A stretch of DNA of 64,000 bases from an uncultured Clostridia bacterium (lineage in GTDB: Bacteria > Bacillota > Clostridia > Christensenellales > UBA3700): assembly GCA_937880755.1 (NCBI GenBank), contig CALGRX010000020.1:56119-120118 (forward strand), in the 5' to 3' direction. How positions within the stretch are numbered: the stretch's first letter is position 1; each line of letters starts with the position of its first letter. Positions 19,037 through 29,964 of this stretch are shown piece by piece. Both the position numbers and the translations under genes were made by a program. The notes beneath the pieces are model-generated. The model searched no databases and had not been told where the DNA came from. It saw only the letters and a program-made list of their open reading frames with translations.

Positions 19037-19976
19037 ATGAATATTTTTGTCTCAAATCTTTGCTATTTAGAGCTATTTGTACGGCATAATACCTAATGTC
19101 GCTGAGTACGTTAGCTTTTTGCTGTCCCGTAATCTCAATATTTGACAACAATGCAAGGCATATTCCCATATCCAAAGATATATCGTCTACGACCTTTTGT
19201 CCCTCAAATTCGGCAGTTTTACTTTCAAAATACGCCTTTTGCACGGCGATATTAGTCTTTAGTTTAGCAATTTCGCTCTTTACAACGCTCAAATCACCGT
19301 AGTTTTGCTCGTAATCGTATTGCAACGCTATCAAAGCCTCGATTATTTCGGCATAATATGATCCGTTACTTTCTAATATACTATTCAAATCTTTGTCTTT
19401 GACTTTCAGGCGCAATATATTAACCTCTTTGACACAGCCGTTTTGATAGTTGACGGCAACCTTTTCCGCCTGCGCCCGTTCGGCAAATATATTGCCTAGG
19501 ACAAGATATTTTTTATTGTCTTTGACAATATTCCCACTTGCTCCGCCTTTCCTAAACTCTAACGCACTCACTTTGGCAGTATCGTAATCGTCATAGCTGT
19601 CTAATCCTACCAAATAATAGGTCTTTTCGACGTTTTTACTATCTATCATTTGCCCCCAAGCCGTCATTAGTTTGCCGTCCACGACAAAGTCACTTATCAC
19701 AAAGGTCGAAAGCACCACTATTATGATGGTTAGCACGAATATTGATATTTTATTAAGCACGCTTCGCCCGTTTTTGCGAGCTTTTTTGTCGGTTTTTTGT
19801 GTGCTTTCCACGTCCAAAGCAACTTCTTCGGGCGATACTTCATAATCAAAATCCACTTGTCTATCCCTTACCTTAGGATAGTCTATGTAGACGATTTGTG
19901 GCGAAAATTCTTCTCCCGATAGGTCGTCCGACTCGTCGATAGAACGATTGCGAAGATAAAATTTTGAATAATCCAT
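19035..19976 (-). CDS. Hypothetical membrane protein with a SPOR-like domain
   Basis: Acidic N-terminus and the TM ISIFVLTIIIVVLSTFVISDFV. The SPOR-like segment is YYLVGLDSYDDYDTAKVSALEFRKGGASGNIVKDNKKYLVLGNIFAERAQAEKV. I chose the ATG at 19974-19976 because the longer track ORF would begin inside the upstream terminator. Confidence 0.55.
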   Translation of the reverse strand: MDYSKFYLRNRSIDESDDLSGEEFSPQIVYIDYPKVRDRQVDFDYEVSPEEVALDVESTQKTDKKARKNGRSVLNKISIFVLTIIIVVLSTFVISDFVVDGKLMTAWGQMIDSKNVEKTYYLVGLDSYDDYDTAKVSALEFRKGGASGNIVKDNKKYLVLGNIFAERAQAEKVAVNYQNGCVKEVNILRLKVKDKDLNSILESNGSYYAEIIEALIALQYDYEQNYGDLSVVKSEIAKLKTNIAVQKAYFESKTAEFEGQKVVDDISLDMGICLALLSNIEITGQQKANVLSDIRYYAVQIALNSKDLRQKYS

Positions 19977-20033
19977 AATAATATATATGTCGAAAAGTTG
20001 TCTATAATACGAAAATTTTTCTTTCGATATGCA

Positions 20034-20061
20034 CAAAAAAATCGACGCCAAAGACGTCGAT
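20034..20061 (-). terminator. Terminator of the dCMP deaminase gene
   Basis: Minus strand: ATCGACG-tctttgg-CGTCGAT followed by TTTTTTTG. Confidence 0.7.
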
Positions 20062-20170
20062 AATATTGATATTATTTAAAATTTAGAGATTAGGTATTAA
20101 TTATATTTTTATCGCGTTTGTTTGAATTACCTACTTTTCTAGTAACAATCAAACAAATATTGCCAACTTA

Positions 20171-20617
20171 TCAAGACAGCTGTTCTACGACTACGCCTGC
20201 TTGCTCAAACATTTTCATACCAAATTCGTCGGGATAGCCGTGCTTATAAACCACACGAGTGATGCCGGCGTTGATTATCATCTTGGCGCAAATAGTGCAA
20301 GGTTGGTGAGTGCAATATAGCGTACTACCGATGAGCGATACGCCAAGTCTTGCCGCTTGGATAATAGCGTTTTGCTCTGCGTGTACGGCGTAACAAATCT
20401 CGTGTCTGGTGCCGGAAGCAATACCCATATCGTTGCGAATACAACAGCCCCTCTCAACGCAACTGCTAATTCCACTACTAGCGCCGTTGTAGCCCGTAGT
20501 CAAAATTCTCTTATCCTTGACGATGACTGCGCCCACGTGTCTATCAGGCTTGTAACAGCTAGACCAAGTCGCAACCAATTCCGCCATTTCCAAAAATCTT
20601 GCGTCCCATTTATCCAT
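20171..20617 (-). CDS. comEB: dCMP deaminase (ComEB family)
   Basis: Zinc motifs HAEQNAI and PCTICAKMI. The ATG at 20615-20617 is preceded by GAGGT. Confidence 0.9.
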   Translation of the reverse strand: MDKWDARFLEMAELVATWSSCYKPDRHVGAVIVKDKRILTTGYNGASSGISSCVERGCCIRNDMGIASGTRHEICYAVHAEQNAIIQAARLGVSLIGSTLYCTHQPCTICAKMIINAGITRVVYKHGYPDEFGMKMFEQAGVVVEQLS

Positions 20618-20739
20618 AAAGTACCTCAAAAATTTTTCTATAAATATTGTATCATATCTCACCTTCCAAAACAAGATAAAAATGGATATTTAGGATAAAT
20701 AATATACATATAGATATAATAAATATCGATATTCCTCGT

Positions 20740-20908
20740 ACCAAACAAAAACGTAACGTCGACAACGCCAATTAACCTACTTCAAACGCCCAAATTGCGA
20801 GTTAGGCTAGGAGACGGCGTATTTTGCGTGGGGAGCGTACTAGGCGTACGTGACCAAACAAAAACGTAACGTCGACAACGCATCACGACGCAATTTGGGC
20901 GTTTGAAG
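20740..20908. repeat. Composite intergenic repeat: 29 bp direct repeat x2 interleaved with a 20 bp perfect inverted repeat
   Basis: The direct repeat ACCAAACAAAAACGTAACGTCGACAACGC occurs at 20740-20768 and 20853-20881. The inverted repeat is CTTCAAACGCCCAAATTGCG at 20780-20799 and its exact reverse complement at 20889-20908. Confidence 0.9.
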
Positions 20909-20956
20909 ATATTTGCAAATAATTTACATAAATATATTTACTTTGCCTACTTTCCG

Positions 20957-20965
20957 TGTTATAAT
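20957..20965 (+). promoter_or_regulatory. Extended -10 (TGtTATAAT) of the groES-groEL promoter
   Basis: TGTTATAAT at 20957-20965, with a weak -35 TTTACT 17 nt upstream. Lies directly before the CIRCE-like element. Confidence 0.5.
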
Positions 20966-20973
20966 ATCAAATG

Positions 20974-21000
20974 TTGGCAGTCTATGCTGTCGATTGCTAA
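20974..21000 (+). promoter_or_regulatory. Degenerate CIRCE (HrcA operator-like) element
   Basis: TTGGCAGTC-N9-GATTGCTAA versus the consensus TTAGCACTC-N9-GAGTGCTAA (3 mismatches). Position is between the promoter and groES. The right half GATTGCTAA recurs at 21015-21023. Confidence 0.55.
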
Positions 21001-21050
21001 TACTCTAGGCAGTAGATTGCTAAAATTGAAAATTAGGAGGCATTATATAT

Positions 21051-21335
21051 ATGAAAATTAAACCATTATTTGACCGTATAGTCATCAAGGCAGTAGAAAC
21101 CCAAGAAAAAACTGCAAGCGGACTTTACTTAACGGCTTCTTCTCAAGAAAAGCCACAAGTTGCCGAAGTAATCGCAGTAGGACCGGGTGGAACTATTGAC
21201 GGCAAGGAAGTCGTTATGCAAATCAAGGTCGGCGACAAGATTTTTTACAACAAGTATGCAGGAAGCGACTTTAAGTTGGACGACGAAGAAGTTACTATTC
21301 TCAAACAAAGCGACGTGCTCGCTATTATCGAATAA
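21051..21335 (+). CDS. groES: Co-chaperonin GroES
   Basis: 94 aa starting MKIKPLFDRIVIK, with RBS AGGAGG. Confidence 0.98.
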   Translation: MKIKPLFDRIVIKAVETQEKTASGLYLTASSQEKPQVAEVIAVGPGGTIDGKEVVMQIKVGDKIFYNKYAGSDFKLDDEEVTILKQSDVLAIIE

Positions 21336-21346
21336 GGAGGCTTTAG

Positions 21347-22981
<1,635 letters not shown>

Positions 22982-23008
22982 AATAAAATACGTCCACAAA
23001 ACGTCAAA

Positions 23009-23039
23009 AGACCGAAGCCGTAGACTTCGGTCTTTTTTA
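23009..23039 (+). terminator. groEL terminator
   Basis: AGACCGAAG-ccgtaga-CTTCGGTCT followed by TTTTTT. Confidence 0.85.
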
Positions 23040-23088
23040 TTCAAACCGCCCTGCACTTGTCTAAGCACAAAACGGCTCAAATTGATTT

Positions 23089-23568
23089 TTATTCTGCTAG
23101 CAATCGCTCTTGCTCTGCCATAAAGTCCATATCGGCTTGCGATACGTACTTTTTGATATTTAGTCCGCTATCGAGCATACTCTGTAGCTCCGCTTTAGCA
23201 TCGTTTAGATATTGAGTCAAACTATCGTTTTGCTTGGCGATTTCTTCGGGCAAGTGAGTATTCACATAATCCGTCCACTTGCGCGCAAATTCGCTCAGTC
23301 TTTCGCCTTCTAAGCAATACCTGACCTTAGAGGCGTATTCGATATTGCGTGCCTTTTCCACTGCCATAGCAAGGGCAAGGCTTGCCTCTTCCCTCTTACT
23401 TTCATACTCTTTGACTTTCTTTTGCAATTCGGCTTTTTCTTGTTCCAAAGTCAAAATTCTATCCTTATGTTCTAGCAAAACCTTGTCGTAGCCGCCTGCT
23501 ATTTTTATCAAATATTCGTCCACTTCCTTGACGTCGTAGCCTTTTCTTCTTACCTTAAACTTTTCCAT
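23089..23568 (-). CDS. DivIVA-domain protein (coiled coil)
   Basis: The N-terminal DivIVA motif is FKVRRKGYDVKEVDEYL, followed by coiled coil. The ATG at 23566-23568 is preceded by GGAGGACG. Confidence 0.75.
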   Translation of the reverse strand: MEKFKVRRKGYDVKEVDEYLIKIAGGYDKVLLEHKDRILTLEQEKAELQKKVKEYESKREEASLALAMAVEKARNIEYASKVRYCLEGERLSEFARKWTDYVNTHLPEEIAKQNDSLTQYLNDAKAELQSMLDSGLNIKKYVSQADMDFMAEQERLLAE

Positions 23569-23660
23569 ACGTCCTCCTTGGTTTTGATTATACCCCAAAA
23601 TAAAAGATTGCTACCTAAGTAGCAACCCTTAATTTGTCGACAAGTGTCTTGTTTTGTCGG

Positions 23661-25085
23661 TTATTTGTTGTTAGCGTTGAGAAGTTTTTGCTTGAGTTCA
23701 AACAGCTTCTTGGACAAGTCGACCTTGTATATATGCGGATTGAGCATACGTTTGTACTCGTTCCAAAACTCGGAATAAGATTGCTTGTGATACTCGGCAA
23801 TCTCTTTGACGCTCGGCAAATCGTATACGAGTTTTCCGTCAATGATGATATCCTGCATCAATTCTTTGCAATAGAAGTTGGTTACTTTCTTTCTCTTCCA
23901 AGTAAAGTCGGGGTGGAATATCTCAATCTCGCTTACACCGTCAAAGTTCTCTTCTCTGAGCGCTATGAGGTCGGCTATCGCCTTGCCCGTAACGTTGTCG
24001 TAGAGTCTGATTATCTTCTTAAAGCCGGGGTTGGTGATTTTGCCTGGGGTATCGCTCATCTTCATCTTAGGTTGAAGCACGCCGTCATTCTCTATCGCAG
24101 CCAACTTATACACACCGCCAAGGCTAGGACAGTCGGAGCTAGTAATAAGCTTAGTACCTATACCCCAACAGTCTATGCAAGCGTTTTGAGTTGCAAGGGA
24201 TTGAAGGACGTTTTCGTCGATATCTCCGCTTGCAAAAATCTTGGCGTTAGGGAAACCCGCCTCGTCAAGCATTTTTCTCGCTTCAATGGATAGATATGCA
24301 AGGTCGCCCGAATCGAGTCTTATTCCTAGAGGCTCGTAGCCCTTGGCTCTCAATTCGTTGAAGACCGTTATAGCGTTAGGCACGCCGGATTTTAGAGTAT
24401 CGTAAGTATCTACAAGCAATAGGCATTTGGACGGATACATATCGGCGTAGGCTCTAAATGCCTCCAATTCGCTCTCAAAGCTCATTACCCAGCTATGTGC
24501 GTGAGTGCCCGATACGGCAACGTCGAACATTTTGCCGGCTAGTACGTTGGAGGTAGAAGAACAACCCGCGATCATCGCGGCTCTTGCGCCGTATATACCG
24601 GCGTCAGGACCTTGCGCTCTACGCAGTCCAAACTCGGCAACGGCACCGCCCTTGGTAGCGTAAATAATCTTAGCCGTCTTGGTGGCAATCAAGGTTTGGT
24701 GATTGAGAATACACAATATCGCCGTCTCGACGAGTTGCGCCTCAAATAGTCTTGCTTTGACGGTCAAAATAGGCTCTTGCGGAAATACGACCGTACCCTC
24801 TGGCACTGCGTATATATTGCCCGTAAATTTGAAGTCGGCAAGCAAGCCCAAAAATTCTTCGTCAAAGAGCTTTAGGCTTCTCAAATAAGCTATGTCTTCC
24901 TCGTCAAACTTTAGGTTGAGGATATAATCAACCACTTGTTCGAGTCCGCAGGCAACGGCGTAATTGTTGCCGACACCGCGGTAGAACACGTCAAATACCG
25001 CTTGTTTGTTCATCTGATCGTTTTTGCTATAGCCATACATCATAGTAAGCTGATATAGGTCTGTCAATAAAGTTAAGTTTCTCAT
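23661..25085 (-). CDS. pncB: Nicotinate phosphoribosyltransferase
   Basis: 474 aa starting LLTDLYQLTMMYGY, with family-typical length and motifs (GTHAHSW). Confidence 0.9.
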   Translation of the reverse strand: MRNLTLLTDLYQLTMMYGYSKNDQMNKQAVFDVFYRGVGNNYAVACGLEQVVDYILNLKFDEEDIAYLRSLKLFDEEFLGLLADFKFTGNIYAVPEGTVVFPQEPILTVKARLFEAQLVETAILCILNHQTLIATKTAKIIYATKGGAVAEFGLRRAQGPDAGIYGARAAMIAGCSSTSNVLAGKMFDVAVSGTHAHSWVMSFESELEAFRAYADMYPSKCLLLVDTYDTLKSGVPNAITVFNELRAKGYEPLGIRLDSGDLAYLSIEARKMLDEAGFPNAKIFASGDIDENVLQSLATQNACIDCWGIGTKLITSSDCPSLGGVYKLAAIENDGVLQPKMKMSDTPGKITNPGFKKIIRLYDNVTGKAIADLIALREENFDGVSEIEIFHPDFTWKRKKVTNFYCKELMQDIIIDGKLVYDLPSVKEIAEYHKQSYSEFWNEYKRMLNPHIYKVDLSKKLFELKQKLLNANNK

Positions 25086-25207
25086 TTTACTCCTCTGTAT
25101 AATAAATGGCGGAAAACCGCACTCGACTGAGCATTACCGCTCATGGTCAGTTGCAATAGCAAAATTTTCGATATTTTGTCTTATCTATCCGCATCACGCG
25201 GTATATT

Positions 25208-26221
25208 TTAGTTTGTTTTGTTAGACGTCGTCACGTCGTCGGTAGGGGTTGCTTCCGAATTGTTACTTACGTCTTGCTCGCTTTGTTGGCTAGCGTTATC
25301 TGGCACTGCTTGATGTTCGTCCACGCTTGACGTTTGCGTATCAACGGCAATTCCCTCGGCAGTTTGCAAAGAAAGTTGCTTTTCGGCGATTTTTCTAGCA
25401 AACCACTTGGTTTCAAAGGTGATTTTACCCATTTGGTTGAGCACCGTCAGCACTATCATAATAGGCGCAAGCACGAAGCACATTACTTGTACCACTCCCA
25501 CTTCGGTACCGGCAAAGGTCTTGTGCTCGTATTTCAAAAATTCAAGGCAACCTCTCACCAAGAAGTACCAAGATAGATAGCCGAGCGCTATGGTCATATT
25601 CTTTAGTTTGTCCTGCAATTTGACAAAACAAACGAGAGCAATAACTAGACCTATAAAGTTGAACACTCCTTCGTAGAAGAACAGCGCGCAATAGTACCCG
25701 CCCAGCCTATCGATATACACGGCAAAAGGGAAAAACTGCCATTTAGGGTCGGTGATTTCTATACCGAACAGCTCTTGATTGAAGAAGTTGCCCCACCTAC
25801 CGATGATTTGTCCGAGCAATACGGCAATAACGACGCAATCGGCAACTTTGGCAAAGCTGTACTTCTTGTTTTTTAGACAGCACAGCAACACGCCCAGCGC
25901 TCCGCCGAAAATACCGCCTATGATTGTCAGTCCGCCTTCGGATATATTAAACAGTCTAACCAAGTCGTCCAACCCGAAGTCCTTAGGGAAGTACTCTTTG
26001 CGCGGAATGACGTAGAATAGTCTACAAAAGAGCACCGCAAACACCACTAGCCAAATAAATATTTCCAGCGAAAAGTCTAGGTCAATATTGCGTTTTTTTG
26101 CCAAAAGCAAGTACAAAAAGTAGGCGCAAACAATCGCCGAAGTGACGACGATACCATACCAATATATTGGCCTACCGAATATAGTAAAGGCAACGTTGCT
26201 GATTGCACCGAGCGAGCTCAT
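25208..26221 (-). CDS. lgt: Prolipoprotein diacylglyceryl transferase with an acidic, T/S/D/E-rich C-terminal tail of about 70 aa
   Basis: Lgt signature GRWGNFFNQELFG in a multi-TM protein. The tail is QTAEGIAVDTQTSSVDEHQAVPDNASQQSEQDVSNNSEATPTDDVTTSNKTN. Confidence 0.9.
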   Translation of the reverse strand: MSSLGAISNVAFTIFGRPIYWYGIVVTSAIVCAYFLYLLLAKKRNIDLDFSLEIFIWLVVFAVLFCRLFYVIPRKEYFPKDFGLDDLVRLFNISEGGLTIIGGIFGGALGVLLCCLKNKKYSFAKVADCVVIAVLLGQIIGRWGNFFNQELFGIEITDPKWQFFPFAVYIDRLGGYYCALFFYEGVFNFIGLVIALVCFVKLQDKLKNMTIALGYLSWYFLVRGCLEFLKYEHKTFAGTEVGVVQVMCFVLAPIMIVLTVLNQMGKITFETKWFARKIAEKQLSLQTAEGIAVDTQTSSVDEHQAVPDNASQQSEQDVSNNSEATPTDDVTTSNKTN

Positions 26222-26222
26222 A

Positions 26223-27488
26223 TTACATCTCCACCTTGCAAGCGCCGTCGTTTCTCACACCGATCGCAAATACGTTTTTGTCGCCAAAAATCTTAGCCAT
26301 TTGCTCAACGTAATCTTCAACGGCTTTCGTGTCGACGTAAGCGATGATAGTACCTGCAAATCCACCGCCGTGTACTCTCACGGCTTTGACGCCCTCAATC
26401 TTCTTGCTGAGGTTGATACCGAGCGGTATTCTTTGGTCTAGGTCGCCCAAAGGATAGCAGTTTTGAAGCATGGTATAAGAACTGAGTCCGCTAGCATTGA
26501 TGACGTCGCAGAACTTCTTTTCCTTGCAACCCTTGACTGCTCTGGCTCCCACTTCCACGCGCTTATTTTCGTCAAAGAAGTGCATAGCTCTCAGTATTGC
26601 TCTACCACTCACCTTGGTCTGCAAAGTATCGAGTGCGGCATAAAAATCGCTCTCTTTGACCTTGCGAAGCTTGCGAGCCTTAAATTGTTTAGCCACGCCC
26701 TCCATCTCGACTCTAATGTCGGCGTATTGCGAAGTTAGGTCGCAGTGGTCGCCGCCGGTATTGGTAAGTACGATAGCGAGATCGTCGAATTTCCAGTCGA
26801 TAGTTTGAATTTTTGGATTGGTAGTAGACTTGAAGTCGATATAACTTACGCCGCCGAGCGCAATCGCGCTTTGGTCCATAAGTCCGCAAGGTTTGCCGAA
26901 AAATACGCTCTCGGCGTGATGCGAAGCCTTAGCCTTAGTCACTTTGTCAATCTTGCCGTCGTTGAACATAACGTTGAGGATTTCGCATACAAGCACTTCA
27001 AAGCACGCCGAAGAACTAACGCCCGCTCCCTTAAATACGTCGCTGGTCGTAGTTGCTGCAAAACCGCCTATATTGTATCCCTTGTCAACGTAGTAAGCGC
27101 ACACGCCTCTCACCAACGCTTCGCTCGTACCGAATTCCGCACTGTTAGGCGTAAGGTCGTCGATATTTATCTCAACGGTCGGATAGCCCACCGAATCAAC
27201 GATAATTTTTCTTTCTGCAAGAGGCGTCACGCACGCGATAGTGTCCACGGTGATAGCGGCGCACAAAACCTTGCCGTTGTTGTGGTCGGTGTGGTTGCCG
27301 CAAACCTCAATTCTACCCGGGGAAGAATAGAAAACTCCGCCCTCTGCATACTTAGACGAGTGCAACTCGTAAATTTTGCGGTATCTTTCCACTTCATAAT
27401 CGAACTTGGCAATACCGTAGAGCGACTTGACGCTATTTTTGAATATCTCGTTGTTGCCGAGATTGGCAATAGAATTTTTGTCAGCCAT
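26223..27488 (-). CDS. galK: Galactokinase-family GHMP kinase
   Basis: 421 aa with a GRIEVCGNHTDHNNG variant of the galactokinase signature and the GHMP motif GAGVSSSA. Divergent from galT. Confidence 0.75.
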   Translation of the reverse strand: MADKNSIANLGNNEIFKNSVKSLYGIAKFDYEVERYRKIYELHSSKYAEGGVFYSSPGRIEVCGNHTDHNNGKVLCAAITVDTIACVTPLAERKIIVDSVGYPTVEINIDDLTPNSAEFGTSEALVRGVCAYYVDKGYNIGGFAATTTSDVFKGAGVSSSACFEVLVCEILNVMFNDGKIDKVTKAKASHHAESVFFGKPCGLMDQSAIALGGVSYIDFKSTTNPKIQTIDWKFDDLAIVLTNTGGDHCDLTSQYADIRVEMEGVAKQFKARKLRKVKESDFYAALDTLQTKVSGRAILRAMHFFDENKRVEVGARAVKGCKEKKFCDVINASGLSSYTMLQNCYPLGDLDQRIPLGINLSKKIEGVKAVRVHGGGFAGTIIAYVDTKAVEDYVEQMAKIFGDKNVFAIGVRNDGACKVEM

Positions 27489-27671
27489 AATTATCTCCCT
27501 AACGTTTTTCTATGATATTATACCATACGACAAAAAAAAAGTAAATATATATACGGCTAACTTTTTATTATCTAACAAATAACCGGTAATTTGTGATATT
27601 ACCCTTGCAATAAGATAGAATTTGATTTATAATAGTATAAATATTAAAAAATTAAGTATACGAGGTTTTTT

Positions 27672-29210
27672 ATGCTTCAAACGTCTCAAGTACAAACTAA
27701 ACTCAACGAATTGGTTGCCTACGCTATCGACAACCTCAACTTAAGATCAGAAGACGAATACTACGTTCTCAACCAACTGCTCGACCTGTTTCATCTTCAA
27801 GCGGCAGGCGCGCCAATTAGCGATTACGGTGATTTTCAGACCGATATCGTAGACCCGCTAGTCGATTACGCCGTACAATCGGGCATGATACAAGAAGAAC
27901 AACGCATTCTCTTCGAGACCAAAATGCTGGGGCTTGTTACCCCAATGCCAAGTGCCGTTGTCGACGAATTCGACAGCGTGGCTAGCACCCAAGGCGTCAA
28001 AGCGGCAACGGATTGGCTGTTTGAACTGAGCAAAGCCAACAACTACGTTCGTATGCCCGATATCAACAAAAATATCAAGTGGGAGCACAAGGGCAAATTC
28101 GGTCGCATCGACGTAACTATCAACTTGTCCAAACCCGAAAAAGACCCAAAGCAAATAGCTCTTGCCAAGTTACAGCCTAAGACGGGCTATCCCGCTTGTA
28201 TGCTTTGTCCGTCCAACGTGGGCTACGCAGGTCACATCAACCACCCTGCTCGCCAAACCTTGAGAATAATACCGATAGAGCTAGGCGGAGAAGAATGGAA
28301 TTTACAATTCTCTCCATATCAATATTATCACCAGCACGTCATTGCCTTTTCTTCCGAGCATAGACCTATGGACGTCAACGACAAAGCCTTTGGCAGACTT
28401 ATGGACTTCGTTGACCTCTTCCCTCACTACTTTATCGGAAGCAACGCGGCGTTGCCTATCGTAGGCGGCTCGATACTTACGCACGACCACTATCAAGGCG
28501 GAGAAAAGGTTCTTCCAATGTTCTTGGTAGGCAATCGCAAAAACTATATTAGCAAAGAATGTGCCGACGTATCCGTATCTATCGTAGATTGGTACAATAG
28601 CGTAGTAAGGATAGAAGGCAAAAACCGTGAGCAAGTATACCAAACGGCTTGCAAAGTCCTAAACGTTTGGAAAGATTGGACCGACGAGAGCGTGGGCGTG
28701 ATAGCTAAGACTACCGAACAACACAACGCAATCACCCCTATCGCAAGACTCGAAAAAGATAAGTACGTATTCGATTTGATTTTGCGCAACAACCGCACCG
28801 ACGAAGCCCATCCTTTCGGCATCTTCCACCCCGAAGAAAGCCTACATAATATCAAAAAGGAAGGCATCGGTATCATAGAAGTTATGGGCTTGTTTATCTT
28901 GCCGGGTAGACTCAAGAAGGAGCTAGAGGACGTCAAGGCATATCTTACCGGCAAAACCACCCTTGACCTGCAAGCATTGTCCAATCCGGAAAATCCAATG
29001 AGCAAGCACGCGGGTATGATAGTTCAACTCATCAACGACAACGGCGCTAAGAACACCGCCAAAAAGGCTGATAACATCGTCAACGATTACGTCAACTCGG
29101 CTTGCGAAAAGATTTTGGAATGCACGGGAGTATTCAAGAATGACCAAGCCGGTCAAAGCGCATTCGATAAGTTTATGACCCAAGGCTTGGGACTTGTTGC
29201 TAAAGACTAA
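27672..29210 (+). CDS. galT: Galactose-1-phosphate uridylyltransferase, Gram-positive (family 2) type
   Basis: 512 aa with the active-site region ILTHDHYQGG; length is typical of type 2 GalT. Confidence 0.85.
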   Translation: MLQTSQVQTKLNELVAYAIDNLNLRSEDEYYVLNQLLDLFHLQAAGAPISDYGDFQTDIVDPLVDYAVQSGMIQEEQRILFETKMLGLVTPMPSAVVDEFDSVASTQGVKAATDWLFELSKANNYVRMPDINKNIKWEHKGKFGRIDVTINLSKPEKDPKQIALAKLQPKTGYPACMLCPSNVGYAGHINHPARQTLRIIPIELGGEEWNLQFSPYQYYHQHVIAFSSEHRPMDVNDKAFGRLMDFVDLFPHYFIGSNAALPIVGGSILTHDHYQGGEKVLPMFLVGNRKNYISKECADVSVSIVDWYNSVVRIEGKNREQVYQTACKVLNVWKDWTDESVGVIAKTTEQHNAITPIARLEKDKYVFDLILRNNRTDEAHPFGIFHPEESLHNIKKEGIGIIEVMGLFILPGRLKKELEDVKAYLTGKTTLDLQALSNPENPMSKHAGMIVQLINDNGAKNTAKKADNIVNDYVNSACEKILECTGVFKNDQAGQSAFDKFMTQGLGLVAKD

Positions 29211-29332
29211 GCTTTCCAACAAAATAATACTCGACCAAAAAAAGATTGTCATCGTGCCGATAAACCATAGTATTGCAGGCACGACATACGAAAATAATTG
29301 GCAAAGTTTATTCAACAATTATCCAATCAAAT

Positions 29333-29360
29333 AATGCAGACGCTTCAAAACGTCTGCATT
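29333..29360. terminator. Bidirectional terminator between convergent galT and recR
   Basis: AATGCAGACG-cttcaaaa-CGTCTGCATT, flanked by A/T-rich runs. Confidence 0.7.
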
Positions 29361-29378
29361 AATTTTACAATTGAATAT

Positions 29379-29963
29379 TTATAACTGTTTGCGGTCTTGC
29401 AATGCTCTGGAGAGAGTCACCTCGTCGGCGTATTCTATATCGCTACCCATAGAGATACCGCTTGCAATTCTAGTAACCTTGATGCCCATAGGCTTGATTA
29501 GACGGGCAATATACACTGCGGTTGCTTCTCCGTCCACGTCGGGATTGGTCGCCATGATGACTTCTTCTACCCCGTCGAGTCTTTGCAGTAGTTCTTTGAT
29601 ACGGATATCGTCCACGCCCACGCCCAAAAGAGGATTGATAGTGCCGTGGAGCACGTGATAAACGCCCTTAAAGTCCTTGACCTTTTCAAAGGCAGCCACG
29701 TCCTTAGGCTCTTTGACTACGCAAATAACCCTCTTGTCGCGCGTAGAACAAATGTCGCATACGTCCTTGTCGGTATATCCACCGCAAACCGGACAATAAT
29801 GCACCTTTTGCTTGGATTCGACTATTGCTTGAGCGAACGCCTCCACCTCGTCCTCGGACATATTGATTATTTTGTAAGCATAGCGTTGCGCCGTCTTTTG
29901 ACCAACCCCGGGGAGCTTGGTAAATTGAGCGACAAGCCGTGCCAAAGCTTCGATATCGTACAT
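29379..29963 (-). CDS. recR: Recombination protein RecR
   Basis: 194 aa with HhH, the zinc finger [16 protein letters not shown] and a Toprim domain. Confidence 0.97.
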   Translation of the reverse strand: MYDIEALARLVAQFTKLPGVGQKTAQRYAYKIINMSEDEVEAFAQAIVESKQKVHYCPVCGGYTDKDVCDICSTRDKRVICVVKEPKDVAAFEKVKDFKGVYHVLHGTINPLLGVGVDDIRIKELLQRLDGVEEVIMATNPDVDGEATAVYIARLIKPMGIKVTRIASGISMGSDIEYADEVTLSRALQDRKQL

Positions 29964-29964
29964 A

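Noticed and set aside
25086-25207. Possible riboswitch or leader upstream of pncB (two small hairpins, TGAGC-ggtaat-GCTCA and GCGG-tttt-CCGC, on the minus strand)
   Set aside because: The stems are short (4-5 bp), and there is no match to the NAD+ riboswitch motifs I remember. The hairpins are equally well explained as the lgt terminator region.
29225-29330. Hairpin TCGTGCC-N19-GGCACGA (about 29252-29284) and minus-strand ORF 28923-29318, considered as a small gene or ncRNA after galT
   Set aside because: The ORF overlaps the galT 3' end in antisense and has no RBS. The hairpin has a large loop and no U tract. The clear bidirectional terminator is at 29333-29360.
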